64,000 bases of DNA, taken from Podarcis tiliguerta (lineage: Eukaryota). This document shows, one piece after another, positions 58,351 to 64,000 of the stretch (its first letter is position 1; the number at the start of each line of letters is the position of its first letter). Location: NCBI GenBank assembly GCA_965153285.1, contig OZ229129.1. One strand, 5' to 3'. The position numbers and the translations under genes are program-made. The notes beneath the pieces are model-generated. The model did not search any database, was not told the origin of the DNA, and saw only the letters and a program-made list of their open reading frames with translations.

Positions 58351-61300
58351 ATCAGTATCCAATTTCCATATTTCCCCAGTAATTCATCTATGTTGAATGG
58401 CAGGTGCACTAATTTGTAGATGTGGAAATAGCCACCCAATTTAACATCCTTCCAATTGTGTGACTTAGGCTGCAGTCTGTCCACTGACCTGGAAATAAGT
58501 CCTATTGAACTCAAGAAGACTTACTTCTGAGTAGACATGTATAACATTGTACTGTCAATTGGTCTTCCATGTATGGATGTGTTTGTGTGTATAACTGGTG
58601 CACACACTTATATATACTGATGACTATTACTTTCCAGTAGGAATCAGGATTATTTCTTTTCTCCCTCCGTTCTTCCAGCACCCTTGTTAAGTGCTTGATG
58701 GAGGAACAAAACCCACATTTTTGGCATATGCTCCCTCCCTCCCTCTCTCCCCCACCCCCAATATTATGCAAGGAAAGGCAATGGATGGAATCAAAAAGGA
58801 AACAGATGCATTAGCAATAGGTGATGATTGGTTTATTGTTTTGGCAACGCTTGAGTATTTCGTGGGAGGAAGCTGTGAATTTTATGGTCTGATCCCAGTA
58901 GAGGACCACATGCAAAAACAAGCCGTTCTCTTTAACACAGGATATTTCCAGCATATTTCAAGTAGGGGCAGTTCTGCCTCACTAAGCTTTCGGAATTCCT
59001 TTGACAATACTGCTGAGCTTGGCAGGCCAAGCAGTCAACTCGCCTTGTAGGAGTTAAAACTTGAGATGAACCTCTCTGCTCCTGTTAGTTGCCCCTGGGA
59101 GTCAGGAAAGGAGAAGGGGCATTGGGATGTCAACTCTTGTAGAGGGAAGGAAAGAGCAGGGGTAGGCCAAATGTATTGAGGTACATTTATTAAAAAGCTG
59201 ATGGTGTATTGCCAAAGGCAGAGAATATCTTTGTTCTCAAGAGCTGCTTCTGTCCATTTTACAAGAATAGCTGCTTTGTTCTGTCCCTTGCAGCTCATGC
59301 AGACTGGTAGGGTGAAGCCAGCTTAGACTTCAGAGGAGCTGGGCATCACACTGGGTTTTGTTGTCCAAAACAGAAGTACCAGAAGCTGCCTTAGTCAGAC
59401 CACTAGCTCATCTAGCTGAGTATTGTCTGGCCATTGGAAAGTAATAGTCATGTGTACATATATGTATCACACATACAAGAAATGCCAACTGCAGCATGGA
59501 TTTAAAGCACTATGATGCCACTTTAAACAGCCATGGCTTCTCCCAAAGAATTCTGGGAACTGTAGTTTGTTAAGGGTGCTGTGAGTTGTTAGGAAGCCCC
59601 CCTGTTCTTTGCACAGAATGACAGTTCCCAAAATTACCTGGGAAGAGGAATTGATTGGTAAGCCACACTAGGAATTGGAGCACTGGGGGGATTGCCACTT
59701 AAATCATGTTGATTACCATAGGTCTGGAAACTGGATATTGATAAATCTCTGCCTTGAAATGAAAAAGTCAGGTGTGTGCTCCACGCTAGCTAGAAACCCT
59801 TGAGTGGACATGGGAAATGGTCTTTTACTGAGCCAAACCATTAGCTCATCTTGCCTACACTCTTTGGTAGCAGCTTTCTAGGATTTTAAAGAGTGGACTT
59901 TACGAGAGCTTTCTTAGAATGCCTGGGATTGGACTTGATCCATGGGGCGTATAGAGTAGGGCTAGCGTTTGTGTACCTGACAAGGACCCTGCCTCGTAAG
60001 AGGTCCACTGCCAACCCACAGAGCCACCGGGCCCGGCTGCTGCTAGTTCGCATGCCCTCTTTGAATGAGCAAGCGGCAAAGGTAGGAAAAAAGACAGAGC
60101 AGCAAATCCCTCTGGGTGGCCCTGCAGATCCGGCACAGAGGAACATAAGAAGGGAAGGGGCAGCTGCAGCTGCGGCAAGTGGGTAGGAACTCAGAGGAGT
60201 AAAGGGTTGCTCTCATATGGGCATGTAGAATGTTGAAGCATGTTTTGACCTGTTTTTTAAATGTGTTTCTGACTTTGGTTTTGTTGTTTTTTAGTGTTTT
60301 AGTGTTTTATATAGTGATAATTTTATTGCCTTGTTCTCTTTGTAAAACACTTTGAGATTGCTTTTACAATTCAACAGTGTATAAATTTTATGAAATAAAT
60401 GTGGTTGAAAGAAAGATACCCACAAACTATCATTCTCACACACCCCACACACATACCTGGGCATAGCCAGGGGGCAGGGTGGCAGCTGATCCCCCATCAA
60501 GTAAATAAATAAGAATACTTAGCTAACTGACCAATCGTGTCTCAGATGGCTCAGTTCTTTCCCCCAACATAAATCTCCCCCCCCCAAAAAAAAAACAACA
60601 TAAAACCTGGCTACCTAGGACTTTATCCAGGCAAAGCTGTAGCTATGCACTATAGATCACCGCTCACACTTTGCTTGGAGAAAGTCCTAGGTTCAATCTC
60701 TGATGTGCCCAGGTAGGAAGGGCTTGCCACCTGAAACTCGAGAGAGCTCCTAAAAATACAGGACTAAATGGATGAGGCATAGGGCAGCTTCCTAAGTTCC
60801 TATGTCACTTTGTGTTCTCTTGTCACAAGACAAGGGAAACTGCTTATAGTGGGTGGGGGAGCTGCGGATGTGCAAAGTATTTTATTCTGAGCTCAAAACC
60901 TCTGTATATTCTTCTTGTCATCCTCATGCGAGCCAATGTGCTGTAGCAGTTGCGGAGCCAGCCAAGAAGATCAAGAAAGAGTACATGCCTCCAGTTAATC
61001 ATGAATATCACCAGTCGCACGCTGTCAGCCTAAGCTACCCTGCAGGGTTGTTGTAAAGAAAATCATGGCCGGGGTGTGTGTGACTTGCTTTTGTACTCAC
61101 CATCTTGACCTCAGTGGAGGAAGGAAGGGTTGTGAATGCAATTTGGATGTAATCATCTGCTGTTGATATTTGTTGTTAATAAATAATGCACTGGCCAAGC
61201 ACATTTTGTGGTTGAACACATTTCTAAAAGTGTGGGGAGATTGTGTGAAACAAAGCATACAACTTTGCTTTTCTGCCATAATAAATACAAAGCTAAGTGA

Positions 61301-64000
61301 GAGAAGTAAATGTTTTCAGACTTGATTGGGCTGGCAGGTCTCCCTGTGCTCCTACAAGCGATGGTGGCGGAGATTGTCTGGGGCCAGTGACTCAGCAGAC
61401 GGTCCAGAGTTCTAGGAGCATCTAATGCTAAATTAACTGCATGACTTCCACCCAGAGTTGCCACGGAACTGCCTGTTCTCAACAAGCTTGTCCCTGAAGA
61501 GGCAAAAATATAAACCGCTCACAAGGCCAGTTTCAACACAATGCATTTCCACCCAAGGAGTTGCTTTTGGACATGAGAACGTAAGATGAGTCCTGCTAAA
61601 TCCGGCCAAAGGACACCCAATCCAGCATCTTCCTTTTTTCACAGCAGCCAACCATAAGAAGCTGAGAAGCCCATAAGCAGGACATTTGGACAATAGTGTT
61701 GTTTTCCAGTGACTAGTATCCAGAGTAATGTTGCCTCTGAATCTATAACAATTTAGAAAGATCCCTGTTGAAAACACTTTCGCTCATGTTTTTCAAGATA
61801 GGAGGGTCTGCCTTGTTCACATGCCTTGCAACATTTCACAGATCAAAAGAGGGACACAGTTTTAGCACCCCTGTTCTCATTCCGAAGATTACTGCCTGTT
61901 CATTTATTTACTTCTTTATTTAAAGCTTCGATACCCTGCCCTTTGACCAAAACAGACTCCTAAATTAGCTTGCAAAAATCAGTAGTAAGATGGCCCCTGC
62001 AGTCAGGCTTACACTCTAAAAAGACGTGGCACGTGAGGAAAAAGGAATGGGAGGGAAGAGGCAAGTTTAAGCACGAGTTCTTAAAGTGATTGTCCTTCTG
62101 ATGCTGCTACATAATGTATGCAAGTTATGACTGTCTAGGAAAGCAGTCCACCCACAAATAAGCACTATTTATCCCCAACAGATCTAGGAACAGAGCCGGT
62201 GACAGTGCACTAAGCAGGCTAGGCTAATCTGGCCACACAGTTCCTCAAACAACTGACTCCATACCCTGTAATAGGGCTGTCCACTGCAGATTTAAAAGCC
62301 AAGACAGTGTTTGTTTTTCCTGATTGAAGAGATATTCACAAAACATAATTGTCCAATAATATGTGATTACAGTTCAAACTGTACCTTAGCAGCTGCAGTG
62401 TGCGAAGTGTGCTGTGTGGTGCTTTGGGTTTATTTGCATCTATTTAACTGTGTGCAATAAAGACAAAATACATCCCTCCCCCCTCCACATGATGCAGTGC
62501 AACTCCCAGACTGCGTGGGAAAGGAGTTAAACCCTGAAGAACGGTATCAACATCATGATAAACTTGCAATAACAGCATTTCAAGAAGGCATCATCAGAAG
62601 GAAAAACACAAGGACTTTCCTTTGTGGGTCATGAATCGGTGGGGTGGGGAAGATTACATCAACTGGGGGACATGAAAGTTTTCAGGGAGACCCTAGTCCA
62701 TTCGAGTGACAGCTCCTCAATGAAGGGAGTATAAGAAGCACACCTTTTGCATTGGAAATCTACTGATAATTAGACTACAATAGCGGCTGGTCCAGAGAGT
62801 TGCTTATCATCCTCATTCTTCCAGCAGCATTTGATCCTAGTGAGTTCCTTCCCTACACACTGAAATTACTGGTGAAGCAACTTCAAAGCACTGCACCATT
62901 TATTCATGACTTTGTTGAGCTTAGGAGCTTGATTTTAGTATCAAATAAATGCTCAACTTCTTGTTTTTTATAATGACCATTGTTAGCAACCCCAAAGTGT
63001 AGTAGTAGGGAGTTACATCATACCATATACTGCACAAACAAAAAAAGAAATAACAGGACCAATAGGACCACACCAATATGAATCAGGACATCCATGAGTT
63101 GGCATGGATGGTGAATGTTGGGCATCTTAAGTCCCTAGCTTAAGAAATAAACATGGCGCAAAAGCATTATGGATCCTCCATACATCTGGAGACATGCAAT
63201 GTACAAGTTTCCCCGAAAGGCAGATCATTAATTTTATATGTCTAAAAGAATAGGAGTAAATCTGCATGGTAAGGGAACATCTGAACATTTTACCATCAAT
63301 GACCCAAATAAATTCTTCTTTCTGTTGCCCTTCCTTCAAGGGGGCAGGGTTTGTGAGGGAATTGAAATAAATATTTAAATACTAGGTTTTGACATAACAA
63401 AAAGAGTCGGCATCAACTGCGCTTCCAGGGGAGGGTGTTCCATAAGCGGGATACCATCATAGGAAAGGCCTGTGCGACAACAATAAGAGCCTCCTCCCCT
63501 CACCTCACACTGAAATACCCACCATCTGAAATACCCACCACCAGATGCCCTTATTAAAGTAATACATGTATGAAAATGGGCACATTTAATACCAGGTCCA
63601 ATTTTGACCTTTGAAATTTGACAGAGATGCATCTGAATCATAATTCCAGGAGTATCTTTTCATGCAGTTTCTCCCTGATGTAGCACTTGAATTATTTATT
63701 TATTTTCTCCTCCTCCTCTTTTCATGTCATACAATGCTACATAGCAATACACATATAAGGTAAGATTGGGGCGGGGGGGTAGAAGACCCATGAAAACTTG
63801 ACCAATCAAGTTCACTAGGTCTGAGGATTGTGGTTTCATCTTGTTCAGAAACCACAGACCCATAATATATTTGGTTAAGATGATAATCAAATTGTTGAAT
63901 GGGGCTGCCTCATCTTTGGACCTGAAGACTGAGGCAATCTCTACAGTGCACCCCTCCCCCCAAAAAGAGGACAAGTTCCTGTTTTTCCTGAAGGTTTTGG

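Larger units (their letters stand above)
7985..64000 (+). other. COL4A6: COL4A6 large intron after the second coding exon (>56 kb; continues beyond the window)
   Basis: Begins at GTAAGT 7985. No exon resembling [25 protein letters not shown] and no Gly-X-Y exon found by eye. Intron 2 of COL4A6 is known to be very large in mammals. Confidence 0.72.

Noticed and set aside
59886-60186. GC-rich ORFs on both strands, possible exon
   Set aside because: Starts inside a SINE remnant, has no Gly-X-Y pattern and no convincing acceptor.
1-64000. CRISPR array, prokaryotic or defence system, NUMT, intact transposase or reverse transcriptase
   Set aside because: The sequence is vertebrate intronic DNA. 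No repeat-spacer array, mitochondrial-like segment or long ORF was seen, and all mobile elements are short or decayed.

Overview
Vertebrate genomic DNA from a squamate, most likely a lacertid lizard (judged from the SINE/MITE families; inference). The window holds the head-to-head promoter region of two basement-membrane collagen genes. COL4A5 exon 1 (signal peptide MKL...LGLWSQDAGAA) is on the - strand at 5297-5401. The first two short coding exons of COL4A6 are on the + strand at 7804-7814 and 7933-7984 (MRAG|LVAFLVAFCLTPDSVNG, collinear with human MHPG|LWLLLVTLCLTEELAAA). Bases 1-5296 are COL4A5 intron 1 and 7985-64000 are the very large COL4A6 intron 2; I found no further collagen exon. 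The introns are a dense mosaic of short non-autonomous repeats: Sauria/Squam SINEs, CR1, L2 and RTE 3' fragments, Tc1/mariner-type MITEs with TA target duplications, hAT MITEs with 8-bp duplications and Harbinger-like palindromes. Almost all ORFs in the track are spurious. I found no convincing new protein-coding system. The best leads are regulatory or structural: a candidate recursive splice site flanked by a ~98% identical inverted CR1 pair, a very young hAT MITE carrying TTAGGG repeats, alternative non-coding first exons for COL4A6, a MITE cluster inside the bidirectional promoter, and probable Z-linkage. Repeat family names come from recall, not a database search.
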